From positions 132,792,933-132,856,932 of the forward strand of contig NC_081356.1 of NCBI RefSeq assembly GCF_030684315.1: 64,000 bases of DNA, given 5' to 3'. Position 1 is the stretch's first letter; each line of letters opens with the position of its first letter. This stretch comes from Stegostoma tigrinum. Taxonomy: Eukaryota. The position numbers and the translations under genes were made by a program. Positions 50,376 through 62,367 of the stretch are shown here, piece after piece. The notes below the pieces were generated by a model, which worked only from the letters and a program-made list of their open reading frames with translations, was not told the DNA's origin and ran no database searches.

Positions 50376-51165
50376 AAGACCATAAAACATAGGAGTGGAA
50401 GTAAAGCCATTTGGCCCATCAAATCAACTCCGCCATTTAAATCATGGCTGATGGGCATTTCAACACCACTTCCCTGCACTCTCCCTGTAGCCCTTGATTC
50501 CTTGTGAGATCAAGAATTTATCAATCTCTGGTTTGAAGGCATCTAACGTCCTGGCCTCCACTGCACTCCGTGGCAATGAATTCCACAAGCCCACCACTCT
50601 CTGGCTGAAGAAATGTCATCTCATTTCTGTTTTAAATTTACCCCCTCTAATTCTAAGGCTGTGCCCATGGGTCCTAGTCTCCCCGCCTAATAGAAACAAC
50701 TTCCTAGATTCCACCCTTTCTAAGCCATTCATTATCTTGTAAGTTTCTATTAGATCGCCCCTCAACCTTCTAAACTCTAATGAGTACAATCCCAGGATCC
50801 TTAGCCATTCATCATACGTTAAACCTACCATTCCAGGGATCATCCGTGTGAATCTCCGCTGGACACGGTCCGGGGCTAGTATGTCCTTCCTGAGGTGTGG
50901 CGCCCAAAATTGGACACAGTATTCTAAATGGGGCCTAACTACAGCTTTATAAAGTCTCAGAAGCACATCGCTGCTTTTATATTCCAACCCTCTTGAGATA
51001 AACAACAACATTACATTCACTCTCTTAATCATGGGCTCTACCTGCAAGTTAACTTTTAGAGAATCCTGGACCAACACTCCCAGATCCCTTTGTACTTCTG
51101 CTTTACGAATTTTCTCACCATTTAGAAAATAGTCCATGCCTGTATTCTTTTTTCCAAAGTGCAAT
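50376..51165 (-). mobile_element. CR1 LINE 3' fragment
   Basis: ORF 50616-51185 contains VRPHLEYCVQFWAP and LYSLEFRRLRGDLI. Confidence 0.9.
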
Positions 51166-52355
51166 TCCAAAGTGGGCATATCCATCTAAACTTATGTTTT
51201 GTGCCACAGAATTAAGCAGCTGCATCTTTCAGGAGTTGTTCTGATCTATAATGCACTAGCTGAAAGTGCAGTGGAGAGAGATTCAACGGGAACTCTCAGG
51301 AGATAATTGGGTAAGTATTGGAGGGGAGCAAATTACAGGTCTGTGGGAAGGGAAGAGGGAGAGGGATGAACGGGATTGCTCCATTTAAGAATGGCCACCT
51401 TTTCTGCTGCAAGATTGTATAATTCCACATGACAGTTGCACAGAACTAGTACCTCAGAGAACATCCATCTCGTCAAAGCGAGAAAGGAAGGTGAGCTGAG
51501 GCAAGAGAGGGCAGAGCTGTAGGTGCTCGTAAGATGCTGCTTGGTCTGCTATGTTCATCCAGCTCCACACTTTGTTATCTTAAAGGCAAAGTTGCTAGTT
51601 TTGAAATGAAGATGTGGTCAAAATGCTTCCACATTTGTAGAGAAAATATGAAGGCCATATATATTGGAGCATTACTGACCAATCATGTGAAATAAAATAT
51701 TATTACCTGATGACTGGATGAAATGTGGACCTTCCTAACAATGAATAGTTTAATAGTACAGATACATTGAAGGGAAAGCAAGATGAGTACAGAAGGCACC
51801 TAGAATAGAAGGGCATACATTGGACTGGATGAATTAGAATGGGAATAACCTTGTTGGAACATTGACGCTGGTATTGGCTAAACAGCCTTTTTATGCGTTC
51901 AATCTAATTGTCTGTAGCCTTGTCCCAGGTCCCATCGCAGGAAAGTGGGACATAATGGTACTCTGAGAACCAGGACTTTGTGATGGTGGGAGTTACATCA
52001 GGTATTAAGAACTGAGGCCTGGGACTATTGGGGTGCTCCGATGCTTAGGTTGGGAAGTGGCATGTGAACTTTGGGCAGGAGCAGGGGCAGGAACCAGGCC
52101 ATGAATCAGGTACAGCATCTGGGCCATGATTTCTGCCCTGCCAATATTCGCAACTATCTCCACAAGAGATCATTGATGATCCTCTCTGTAAACATATTCA
52201 GTTGCATGTACCAAAGAGAGAGTTTTCAAAGATAGAACAATCCTCACATCCTCAAGGCATCCCAAAGTGCTGTGCAGTCAAATAAAAACTCTGGACGTGT
52301 AAGAGCTTCTATTATGTGGGGAAACCCATACCAGCTAGTTTCAATTGGTTGATGG

Positions 52356-53997
52356 ATTAGAAGACTGAGTTTCGGGCTACTAGATTTGAAAGGATTGAGG
52401 TTAGTAAAGAGGAGGTGTTATCAATTCTAGAAGGCGTGAAGGTAGATAAATCCCCTGGGCCAGATGGGATTTTTCCAAGGATTCTTTGGGAAGCTAGAAA
52501 GGAGGTGACAGAGCCTTTGGCCTTGATCTTCGAGTCCTCATTGTCTACAGGTTTAGTACCAGAGGACTGGAGGATTGCAAATGTTGTGCCCTTATTCAAG
52601 AAGGGCAGTAAAGATGACCCAGGTAATTATAGACCTGTGAGCCTTACATCTGTTGTAGGAAAAGTTTTGGAAAGGATTATAAGAGATAGGATTTATAATC
52701 ATCTAGCAAGCAACAATTTGATTGGAGACAGTCAGCATGGATTCATCCAGGGCAAGTTGTGTGTCACAAACGTCATTGAGTTTTTTGAGAAGGTGGCCAA
52801 GCATGTGGATGAGGGAAGGGCAGTTGACGTGGTGTACATGGACTTCAGTAAAGCCTTTGATAAGGTTCCACATGGTAGGCTATTGGTGAAAATATGGAGA
52901 CATGGGATTGAGAGAGATTTAGCAGTTTGGATTAGAAACTGGCTTTCTGTAAGAAGGCAATGAGTGGTGGTTGATGGAAAATATTCAGCCTGGAGTCCGG
53001 TTACTAGTGGTGTGCCTCAAGGATCTGTTTTGGGACCACTGCTGTTTGTCATTTTTATAAATGACTTGGACGCAGGCATAGGTGGATGGGTTAGTAAGTT
53101 TGCAGATGACTCTAAAGTCGGTGGAGTGGTAGTCAGTGTGGAAGAATGTTGCAGGTTGCAGGGAGACTTGGATAAACTGCAGAATGGGGCTGAAAGGTGG
53201 CAAATGGAGTTCAATGAGGATAAATGTGAGGTGATTCACTTTGGGAAGAATAATAGGAAGGTAGGACACTGGGTCAATGGCAAGATTCTGGGTAGTGTGG
53301 ATGTGCAGAGGGATCTTGGTGTCCATGCACATAGATCCCTTGAAGTTGTCACCCAGGTTGATAGTGCTGTTAAGAAGGCTTATGGTGTGTTAGGTTTTAT
53401 TGGCAGAGGGATTGAATTGCAGAGCTGTGATGTCATGATGCAACTGTACAAAACGCTCGAGCGGCCTCACTTAGAATATTGCCTGCAGTTCTGGTTGCCC
53501 CATTACAGGAAGGATGTGGAAACATTGGAAAAGGTGCAGACGAGATTTACCAGGATGTTTCCTGGTCTGGAGCGAAGCTCCTAAAGAAGAAAGGCTGAGG
53601 GACTTGGGTCTGTTCTCATTGGAGAGAAGGAGGCTAAGAGGAGATTTAATAGAGACATACAAGATGATCAGAGGATTAGATAGGGCGGACAGTGAGAGTC
53701 TTTTTTCGAGGATGATGATGTCAGGTTATACAAGGGGGCATAGCTACAAATTGAGGGGTGATAGATTTAAGACAGATGTCAGAGGCAGGTTCTTTACTCA
53801 GAGAGTGGTAAGGGCGTGGAATGCCCTGCCTGCCAATGTAGTTAACTCAGCCACATTAGGGGCATTTAAACAGTCCTTGGATAAGCATATGGATGATGAT
53901 GGGATAGTGTAGGGGGAGGGGCTTAGATTAGTTCACAGGTCGGTGCAACATCGAGGGCCGAAGGGCCTGTTCTGCGCTGTATTGTTCTATGTTCTAT
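52356..53997 (+). mobile_element. 5'-truncated CR1/HER1 LINE, RT domain through 3' tail
   Basis: ORFs 52415-52963 (KSPGPDG, NYRPVSLTS, DFSKAFD), 52964-53584 (GVPQGS, KFADD) and 53514-53912. Tail GTTCTATGTTCTAT. Confidence 0.95.
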
Positions 53998-54484
53998 GGA
54001 TGAAACCTGCACAGAACCAATAGTCCTCTGAACCACTTTTGTTACAGGTGCCTATTTATTCCAATGCATGGCATGTGCTATGTGGTCACTTACAAACATG
54101 TTAAGTTCAAGGGAACAATGAGCAATTGATACTTGGAAGATTTCTGTGTGACCAAATGCTGGAGTAAGTTATTTAAAATCATGGCTGGCCACCAACAGAA
54201 TTCTCTACGATCCCTGGGAAAATGTGGAAGGTCTTTGGCATTCTCTTGAGCAAGTAGACACTGGCTGGGGTTAACAACTCATCTAAAACATCACATTTCT
54301 GACACTGTAACATTGCACATCATTAGGCTTGGTTATATGCTTTAGTCATGAGTAGGGCTTGAAACTACGGGTTTCTGACAGAGACAGGAGCACCACCATC
54401 TTGGACAATCTGGAGAGTGACTGAACGATAAACACATCTGGGGTTGAGACATTAGAAATCAACATTGTTCTTTCTGTTTTACAG

Positions 54485-54586
54485 TGAGGAGGACTGAGCA
54501 CACCACCATATATCAGCTGGTCATCCCACTGCCCAGCTTCCTGCTCATCATCATCATCATCTTCATTACCTTCAGAAAGAAAGGAG
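54485..54586 (+). CDS. Transmembrane exon of Siglec-15-like gene 1
   Basis: ttctgttttacag acceptor and G|gtcagt donor; 102 nt, phase 1-1. Reads VRRTEHTTIYQLVIPLPSFLLIIIIIFITFRKKG: a hydrophobic span followed by a basic stop-transfer sequence. Confidence 0.82.
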
Positions 54587-54983
54587 GTCAGTTTTGTAGT
54601 GAGTGCTATTTAATAAAGCAATATGATTCTGTGTTGAATTAACAGCAAACAATGACCCTGGATTAATCTTTCCTCACTCATTTTCTTCTCTTCCAACCAT
54701 TTTCTGAAGGCATTAACTTTGTCTTTGGTGGGTTTGGTGAATGGGAGAATGGTAACCTTTTTAATAAACATCAGCCACTCTCTGTTACCTGGCTCACTCA
54801 TGAGCTTTCATGATGTTAGAAAGCTTTAAAACTTCCAGTGTTTCAAAAGAGGTCCATTCAAGTCAACTCCATAAATCGCGAATGGTTGAATCCCCTTTCC
54901 ACTCATCCACACTGTATGGAACCTCAAAGGAACAGAAAGGAAGTTTCAAGCAAACACGGAAAGATCAGTTTTCTTGTTTTCAG

Positions 54984-55012
54984 ATTTCTCTGTAACATTT
55001 TTGTGCCGTTGA
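54984..55012 (+). CDS. Candidate short cytoplasmic terminal exon (DFSVTFLCR*)
   Basis: A strong acceptor (ttttcttgttttcag) about 400 nt after the TM exon, phase-compatible. No homology support. Confidence 0.35.
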
Positions 55013-55924
55013 ACCAAGTAAAATGACATTGTCCAACGTGGGCCTCTCGTACACTGAGCGTCTTTGCCCTACCATTGATAACCATGTTTTCTGGTCTTGA
55101 GACTCTAAACTCTTTCTCCTAGTTTTTAGTTACCTGTTTTAACATCTACTTCTTAGTTTGGTCTCATATTTTTTACGAAAATGCTTCTGTGAAGTCCCTA
55201 TATTACACATGCTATACAATTACAAGTTGTCAACTTTAGGTTTATCATATGTCCAGCATCAGAACTGAAGTGGTTTTAAAAACATTTTCATTTATTCACT
55301 CATGGAATGTAGGCATCTCTGGCTGGTGCTACTGAGAATTGGTGATGTAGAGAATGGATGTTCGTGGATGTGGTGCCAAGCAAGCAAGGCACTTTGACCT
55401 GGATGGTGTCAAGTTTCTTGAGAGTTGAAACTGCACCTATCCAGGCAAATGGAGAGTATTTGTGCCTTGCAGACGGTTGACAAGTTTTGGGGAGCTGGAA
55501 GGTGAATTACTTGTGACTGAATTCCTAGTCTCTGACCTGCTCTTGTAGCCACTGTGCTTTTGTGGCTGGTCCAGTTGAGTTTCTGGTTCACTGGTAACTT
55601 CCAGGATGTTGGTAGTGGGTGATTCATTGATGGTAATGTCGTTGAATGTCAAGAGGCAGTCAGAGATAGTCATTGCCTGGCATTTGTATTGCGTGAATAT
55701 TACTTGCCACCTTTCAGCCCAAACCTGCATATTGCCTAGTTCATTCTGCATTTGAATATCAACTACTTCAATATCTGAGGAGTCATAAATGGTTGTGAAC
55801 ATTCTCGATCATCAGTGAACATCCCCACTTCCGACTTTATGATGCAGGGGAAGATGAAGCAGCTGAAGATGGTTCGGCCTAGGGCTTTCCCCTGAGGAAC
55901 TCTTACAAAGAGGTCCTCCACCCA

Positions 55925-56690
55925 AATACTTTGGACCTGTCTTCACTAAGAAGAACACAAGTAACCTTCAGGAAATGCCTGGGGATAGAGGGTCAAGTGT
56001 GAAGAGGAACTGAAGGAAATGCTTCTTACTCAGGAGATGGTATTGAGGAAATTGATGGGATTAAAACCCAAAAAGTCCCTTAGGCCTGATGCTTTGCGTC
56101 CTAGAATAATTAAAGAGGTGGCCAGAGAAGCAGCAGATGCATTGGTGATATCTTCCAGCATTAGGTAGACTCTGGAAGAATTCCAATGGACTGGAGAGTG
56201 GGTAATGTAAGACCAATCTTTAAAAAAGGAGGGAGAGAAAATGGAGAATCATCGGCTGGTTAGCCTGACATCGATGGTGTGGAAAATGCTGGAGTCAGTC
56301 ATTCAGGATGTAATAACTGAGCATTTGGAAAGAAGTGACAGAATCAGTTGGATACACCAAAGGGAAATCATGCTTAACAAAGCTTCCAGAATTTTTTGAA
56401 GATGTGACCAGTAGAGTGGACAAGGGTGAATCATAAAGGGTCTTGGCCTGAAACGTCAGCTTTTGTGGTCCTAAGATGCTAGTTGGCCTGCTGTGTTCAT
56501 CCAGCTCCACACTTTGTTATCAAGGGTGAATCAATAGATGTGTGTATCGGGCTTTCAAAAGACTTTTGACAAGGTTCCACACAAGAAATTAATAAGGAAA
56601 ATTAAAGCTCATGGTATCAGAGGTAATGTATTGACATGATAGAGAACTGGTTGGCAGACAGGAAACAGAGAGAGTTGGGGTAAATGGCTC
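55925..56690 (+). mobile_element. CR1 RT fragment containing a Penelope-like insert (56434-56520, 13-bp TSD)
   Basis: Decayed KS.GPD / P.DWR / VSLTS coding remnants. TSD CAAGGGTGAATCA at 56421-56433 and 56521-56533. Confidence 0.8.
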
Positions 56691-57121
56691 TTCCAGAGTC
56701 CACAGTGTATTGTCTGCAGCTCGGACTCCAATTCTTCAACTCAGAACTGAAGTCAGTTTTGTTTCCTTTTCCTTTTCCCTTCTTTTATTTTCTCTCCTCT
56801 TTGCTGTATCTTTTCCCCCAGCCCCGCTACCCAACCTTTCACTATCCCTACCTAAAGAAAGGCGTCAAGTGAAGACCGGTGATGGGCGGGAGCTGAGTGT
56901 GGGGGCCTTGTCCTGCAGGGGCAGCAGAGTGAGCACAGATTGAATTGAGAGTGGTCTGGAAAAGTCCCTGGAGTGAGACAGGCCATGTCCCATAGAGACG
57001 TTGGAGCCACGACCCTGAATTGATAGACGGGCTCAGACCCGGAGCAATGGAGATGCCGAGTCCCGGAGCAATGAAGGGGCCGAGGTACAAATCCCGATTC
57101 ATGCAACATACCTTGTTGCTG

Positions 57122-57321
57122 AGATAACAAAGTGTGGAGCTGGATGAACACAGCAGGCCAAGCAGCATCTCAGGAGCACAAAAGCTGACGTTTCTGACGA
57201 AGGGTCTAGGACGAAAAGTCAGCTTTTGTGCTCCTGAGATGCTGCTTGGCCTGCTGTGTTCATCCAGCTCCACACTTTGTTATTTTGGATTCTCTAGCAT
57301 CTGCAGTTCCCATTATCTCTG
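57122..57321. mobile_element. Palindromic Penelope-like insertion (family A) with 14-bp TSD
   Basis: About 68-bp inverted arms around a single hammerhead-like loop (CTGACGA...GAAAAGTC) and a tail at 57287-57320. TSD ATACCTTGTTGCTG at 57108-57121 and 57322-57335. Confidence 0.9.
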
Positions 57322-57651
57322 ATACCTTGTTGCTGTTGAGTGCGGGTCAGGGGCGGTCTGGAGGCTGAAGCTGTGCGGGACAGTTGCTGGACTTGGGCCT
57401 CACACCATGTGCTGAGTTGCTGTTATCAGGCTGTAACTTAAAGCCTTTTCACTATGTTGCGATTACCTCTGTATTTAATGATGATGATTTCCTTTAATCC
57501 TCTTTATATAAGAACACTTCTTAACACTTTTTAGGATTTGTACATAGGTACTTGCACCTTAGATGATACCATTAAAAGACAGCCATTGTAAAACCTTTTT
57601 ACTGTGCTCATATAGTACAAGTGACAATAAAGGATATTCTATTCAATTCTG

Positions 57652-58655
57652 GAGATAGTAGGAACTGCCGATGCTGGAGAATCTGAGATAACACGGTGTA
57701 GAGCTGGATGAACACAGCAGGCCAAGCAGCATCAGCGGAGCAGGAAAGCTGAAGTTTCGGATCAAGACCCTTCTTCAGAAATTTGGGAGGGGAAGGGGAT
57801 TCTGAAATGACTAGGGAGACAGGGGGAGGCAGATAGAAGATGGATAAAGGAGAAGACAGGGTGAGAGGAGACAGACAGGTCAAAGAGGCAGGATTAGAGC
57901 CAGTGAAGGTGAATGTAGATGGGGAGTTAGAGAGGTGATAGGTCGGTCCAGGGAGGATGGACAGGCCAAGGAGGTAGGATGAGGTTAGCAGGCATGAGAT
58001 GGGGGTGGGGCTTGAGGTGTGAGGAATGGTTAGGGAGGCGGGCACTCCAGGCACTTTTCCCTGCAACTGAAGCAAGTGCTAGACCTGCCCCTATACCTCC
58101 ACCCTCACCCCCATCCCAGGCCCTCAGAAGACCTTTCACTTCCAACAGATGGTCACCTGCACATCTGCCAATGTGGTGTACTGCATCCGCTGTACTCTTT
58201 GTGGCAACCTCTACATTGGGGAAACCAAGCGAAGGCTTGGGGACCACTTTGCAGAACACCTATGCTCAGTTCGCAACAAACAACTACACCTCCCAGTCGC
58301 AAACCATTTTAACTACCCCCCACCCCGCTCCTCGGAGGACATGTTCATCTTGGGCCTCCTACATTGCCACAATGACGCCACCCAAAAGCTGCAGGAACAG
58401 CACCTCATATTTCACTTGGGTACCCTGCGGCCCAAGGGTATCAATGTGGACTTCACAAGCTTTAAAATCTCCCCTCCCCTGACCATATTCTAAAACCAGC
58501 CCAGCTCGTCCCTGCCTCACTAATCTGTTCCTCCCAGCTCAAGCCCCACCCCCATCTCAGACCCACTAACCTCATCCCCCCCTCCTTGACCTGTCCGTCC
58601 TCCCAGAGCCAACCTATCCTTTCCCTAACACCCCACCTACATTCACTTTCACTGG
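57652..58655. mobile_element. Penelope-like element with inverted structure (minus 57652-58042, plus 58043-58655)
   Basis: ORF 58149-58493 is GIY-YIG (NVVYCIRCTLCGNLYIGETKR). The 3' UTR appears on both strands. Confidence 0.88.
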
Positions 58656-59207
58656 TGAAACCATTATTAATTGTTAGGAAAACTCATTTGGCTCATGAAT
58701 TATCTTCAGGGAAGGAAAAATGCCATTGTCACCTGGTCTGGTCTACGTTTGATTCTAGACTCACTGCACATGGTTGACTCTGAACTGCCCCTCGAAATAG
58801 GCTAACAAGCCACTTGGTTATATCAATTGCTATGAAGTCTCCTCCCAAACGGCACTGTGGGTTAACCCACAGCAGGTGGACTGCAGCAGTTCACGATGTC
58901 AGCTCACCACTACCTTCTCAAAGGTATCTAGGGATGGCCATCCAGTGATGCCCACATCTGTTGAAAGAATAAAAAATATGCATTACTTTTAACATAGGCT
59001 TACTCTACCATTGGAGCATAGTAGCAGCACTGTGTACTAACTACAAGATACACTGATGAATTGAACAAGATTCTTTTGACAGCACCTTCCAAACCAATAA
59101 CCACTACCACCTGGAAGGAGAACTACCTGCATGTTCCCCTCCAAGCCACTTACCATCCTGACTTGGAAATATATCGCTGTTCCTTCAGTGTTACTGCGTC
59201 AAAATCC

Positions 59208-60085
59208 TTCACAGAACGCACCAAGCTGTTGAACTCCACGGAGAAATTTGTAAAGAGAAATACCTTCTACCACAAGTCCAACAGGAAGTGACCAGCATGT
59301 AGCAATCTCGAGACCTGAGGGAAAAGGACAGGGTGGATCCTGTTGGGTTTTTCCCTGAGCAGACTGTCAAAGTCATGAAGCAGGGTGCCTGATCACCAGA
59401 ACTTTCCTACAAGCACCAAGAAATTGTTTGGCTGATGGTAAGAAGTGTATTACCTATGAGATCCTTCATGCGTGCCCAGACTCTCTGCACCACCTCAAAG
59501 TGATGATGGGGAAGTAGAGGCTGTCACACACCTCCTGCTGGAGTGTGCTTTTGCAAAGGAAGTCTGGAGAGAGACACTGTGGCTGTTGTTGAGGTTCATC
59601 CAGAGCAGTTCGACCTTGCAAAAATTTGTGGTCTACGGTCTGTTCTCTGGGACGCACACTTAGACAAACACCTGGAGGACCATCAAGTCAGTGAAAGACA
59701 CTCTTTGGTTTGCCTGAAACGTGTTGGTTTTCTAGGGTGTTGCAGATTGGCACATTCTACAGTTCAGGACTACACACTGAGGGACTGACTATAGCTTGGG
59801 GCATCTGCCAACAAAGTAAAATAGGGAAATACCACTATCTAAGGTCTTTCTGCTGAAGTTAAATGGGTGTCCCTTCAATTATTGGACTCTTCCAATGCTT
59901 CAAATATATGTACATCTAATCTTGTACATGGAAGAAATGCCTTTGAAATGTTTGCTGGATACAGTCAACTCCAATGTTTGTTTCTTCATATGTTACTCTA
60001 CAAAACCAAACTGCATTCGTGTCTATGTATATGTATACATAAGGATAGTTCTATGAATAAAGTATATTTTTGAAATTAAAAAAAA
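59208..60085 (+). mobile_element. L1/Tx1-like LINE 3' fragment
   Basis: C-terminal zinc-finger motif EAVTHLLLECAFAKEVW. It ends AATAAAGTATATTTTTGAAATT followed by poly(A). Confidence 0.75.
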
Positions 60086-60410
60086 GCCACTGTATCAAAA
60101 TTCTGGAGCTCCTTCACTGCTCTGTCTAAGCACCCTATGGATGTATGTGTGATAATGGGAACTGCAGATGCTGGAGAATCCAAGACAATAAAATGTGAGG
60201 CTGGATGAACACAGCAGGCCCAGCAGCATCTCAGGAACACCTGGGAAAGGGATGTAAATGCTGGTCCAGCCAGCGAATCACTAGAAGAAAGAATCTACTT
60301 TCACCACATTCTGTGGCTTGTACGTTAGTTTTTAAGCAGTTATGCCTGTCATACTTCCCAATTATTGTTCATGTTGTGTACTAGTTTTTAAAGTTTCGTA
60401 ACAGCTACAT

Positions 60411-60431
60411 CGGAAGTGAAGTAACTTCTCT
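60411..60431 (+). promoter_or_regulatory. Putative proximal promoter of paralogue 2 (ETS site overlapping the conserved 15-mer)
   Basis: CGGAAGTGAAGTAACTTCTCT, about 60-80 nt upstream of the ATG at 60493. Confidence 0.55.
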
Positions 60432-60492
60432 GTTCTTGTTTAAATAGACAAGAAGCTGTGTGCAAAAAGGATAAAAGTCGGATGATTTAGCA

Positions 60493-60550
60493 ATGAATTC
60501 TCTCTATGTTTGGCTCTTTGCATCCATGTCAGTCTCAGTGCAGGGTCACA
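60493..60550 (+). CDS. Signal-peptide exon of a second, tandem paralogue (remainder beyond the window)
   Basis: Reads MNSLYVWLFASMSVSVQGH then A|gtaagt, a consensus phase-1 donor. Shares TGTCAGTCTCAGTGCAGGGT and flanking homology with 41260-41323. Confidence 0.75.
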
Positions 60551-61192
60551 GTAAGTACCTTGTAATGTTTACTGTTCAAACTCATTTTTATTAACCGTGC
60601 AATTGTCTCCTTCTTGATGACGTTACCTGCTGATTTAGTTTCAGTTTCCTTGCATTGTCCTTTACTGCGGTCCCAAAATTGAGCAGAAACAGTTTGCTTG
60701 TGAAACAAATACAGCTCACTGAAGGCTAACATGCAGGTTCAGGAAGCTATAAAAAAGATTAACGGAGTGTTAGCTTTTGTTGCAAAATGATTTAAGCACA
60801 GGAGCAGTGAAGTTGTGCTTCAATAGTATAGAAACTCAATAGTCCTGTTTTTAGAATATTGTGTACTGTTTTAATTTTGTTATCTCAGAAAGGATATTTT
60901 TCCAAAGTGGGATTGCAACACAGGTTTCACAGACTTATTCTTGGGTTGGCAGTGCTATGACAATAGACTGGTCAAACTGGGCCTATATTCTGTACAGTTT
61001 CAAAGAATGAGACTTGATCTCAAAAAACCATACAATCACACAGTTCAAAGTTGACCCACTAAGTCTGCACCAACAAAACCTACCCCAAATCTAGACAAGT
61101 CACACTTCCTAGCACTTGGCCAATAGCTTTGAATGTTACAGGATTTCAAATGCTCGTGCTAGTGATTTTCAAAGGTTTTCAGCCTCAACAAT

Positions 61193-61490
61193 GGGGTGGC
61201 ATGTGTCTCAGTAGTTAGCACTGCTGCTTAACAGTGCCAGGGACCTGGGTTTGATTCCACCCTTTGGTAACTGTATTGAGATTGCACATTCTCTCTGTGT
61301 TTGCATCAGTTTCCTTTGGGTTCTCGAGTTTCCTCCCACGGTCCAAAGATGTGTAGATTAGGTGGATTAGCCATGGGAATGCAACGATAGGGTAGGTAGG
61401 CAGGTGGGTTTAGGTTTGGATGGGGTGCTCTTTGGAGGGTTGGTATGGGTTGAATGGCCTGCCTCTGCATTGTAGAGATTCTATGATATC
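61193..61490 (+). mobile_element. HE1-type SINE nested in a minus-strand CR1 fragment
   Basis: tRNA head (GGTTTGATTCC) and conserved core. Confidence 0.85.
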
Positions 61491-62367
61491 TTCCCAGATA
61501 ATGCATTCCAGTTTACTACCAGCTTCTGGGTGAAAATGTTTTCCTTATACTCCCCTCTGAACCTCCTGCCTTACACCTTAAAATTATGCTCCCTTGTATT
61601 TGAATCTTCAACTAGGAAGAACAGTTGCTTCCGATCCACATTGTCCACGCCTGTCACAATCTATCAGGTACCCCCAACAGCATACTCTGCTCCAAAGAAA
61701 ACAACCTGAGTTTATCCAGGCCATCTTTATAGCTAAACTCCTACATCCCAGGCAACATTCTGGTAAATCTGTGCACCGCTTCCACTGCAATCAGATCCAT
61801 CCTATTGTGCAGTGATCAGACCTGCACAGAGTACTCCAATCGAAACTTATAAATTACTTAAAAGGATAGACAGGATGGTGTAGGTAAGATATATAAATCT
61901 GTAGAAAATAGAAGCAGGAGTAGGCTATTTGCCCTTCTCCGCCAGTCAATACGTTTACAATTGATCCTCTATCTCAACGCAATATCCCCACATTCTCTCC
62001 AAATACCTGGATAGCTTTAAGAGCTAAAACTGGATCAATTTCTTTGATTGAACATACGTAGCCTCCTTAGACTTCTCTGGTAGAGAATCTCGCAGGTTGA
62101 CCACCCTCTGAATGAAAAATTGTTTCCTCTTCTCAATCCAAAACGGCCAACCCCATATCCTGAGACTGTGATTCCCCAAACAGGGGAAATATCTTCCCGG
62201 TATCTCATATGTCCAGCTCCTTAATGCTTCAAAGAGATCCCCCCTCATCCTTCTAGCCTCTAATGAATACAGGCCTAGTCAAATCAACCTTTCCTCATTG
62301 GAAAATCCCATCATCTTTGGGGAATCTTGAACCAGGTGACAAAATTGATCAAGAAAGAGATGTTTTA

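Noticed and set aside
47691-54586. Assigning the symbol SIGLEC15
   Set aside because: The second domain is V-set rather than C2, the TM lacks the lysine and a paralogue is adjacent, so orthology is unproven.
56848-57322. Opposite-strand ORFs with identical N-termini (MELDEHSRPSSISGAQKLTF), and similar peptides elsewhere
   Set aside because: A trivial result of translating the palindromic Penelope 3' UTR; not a protein family.
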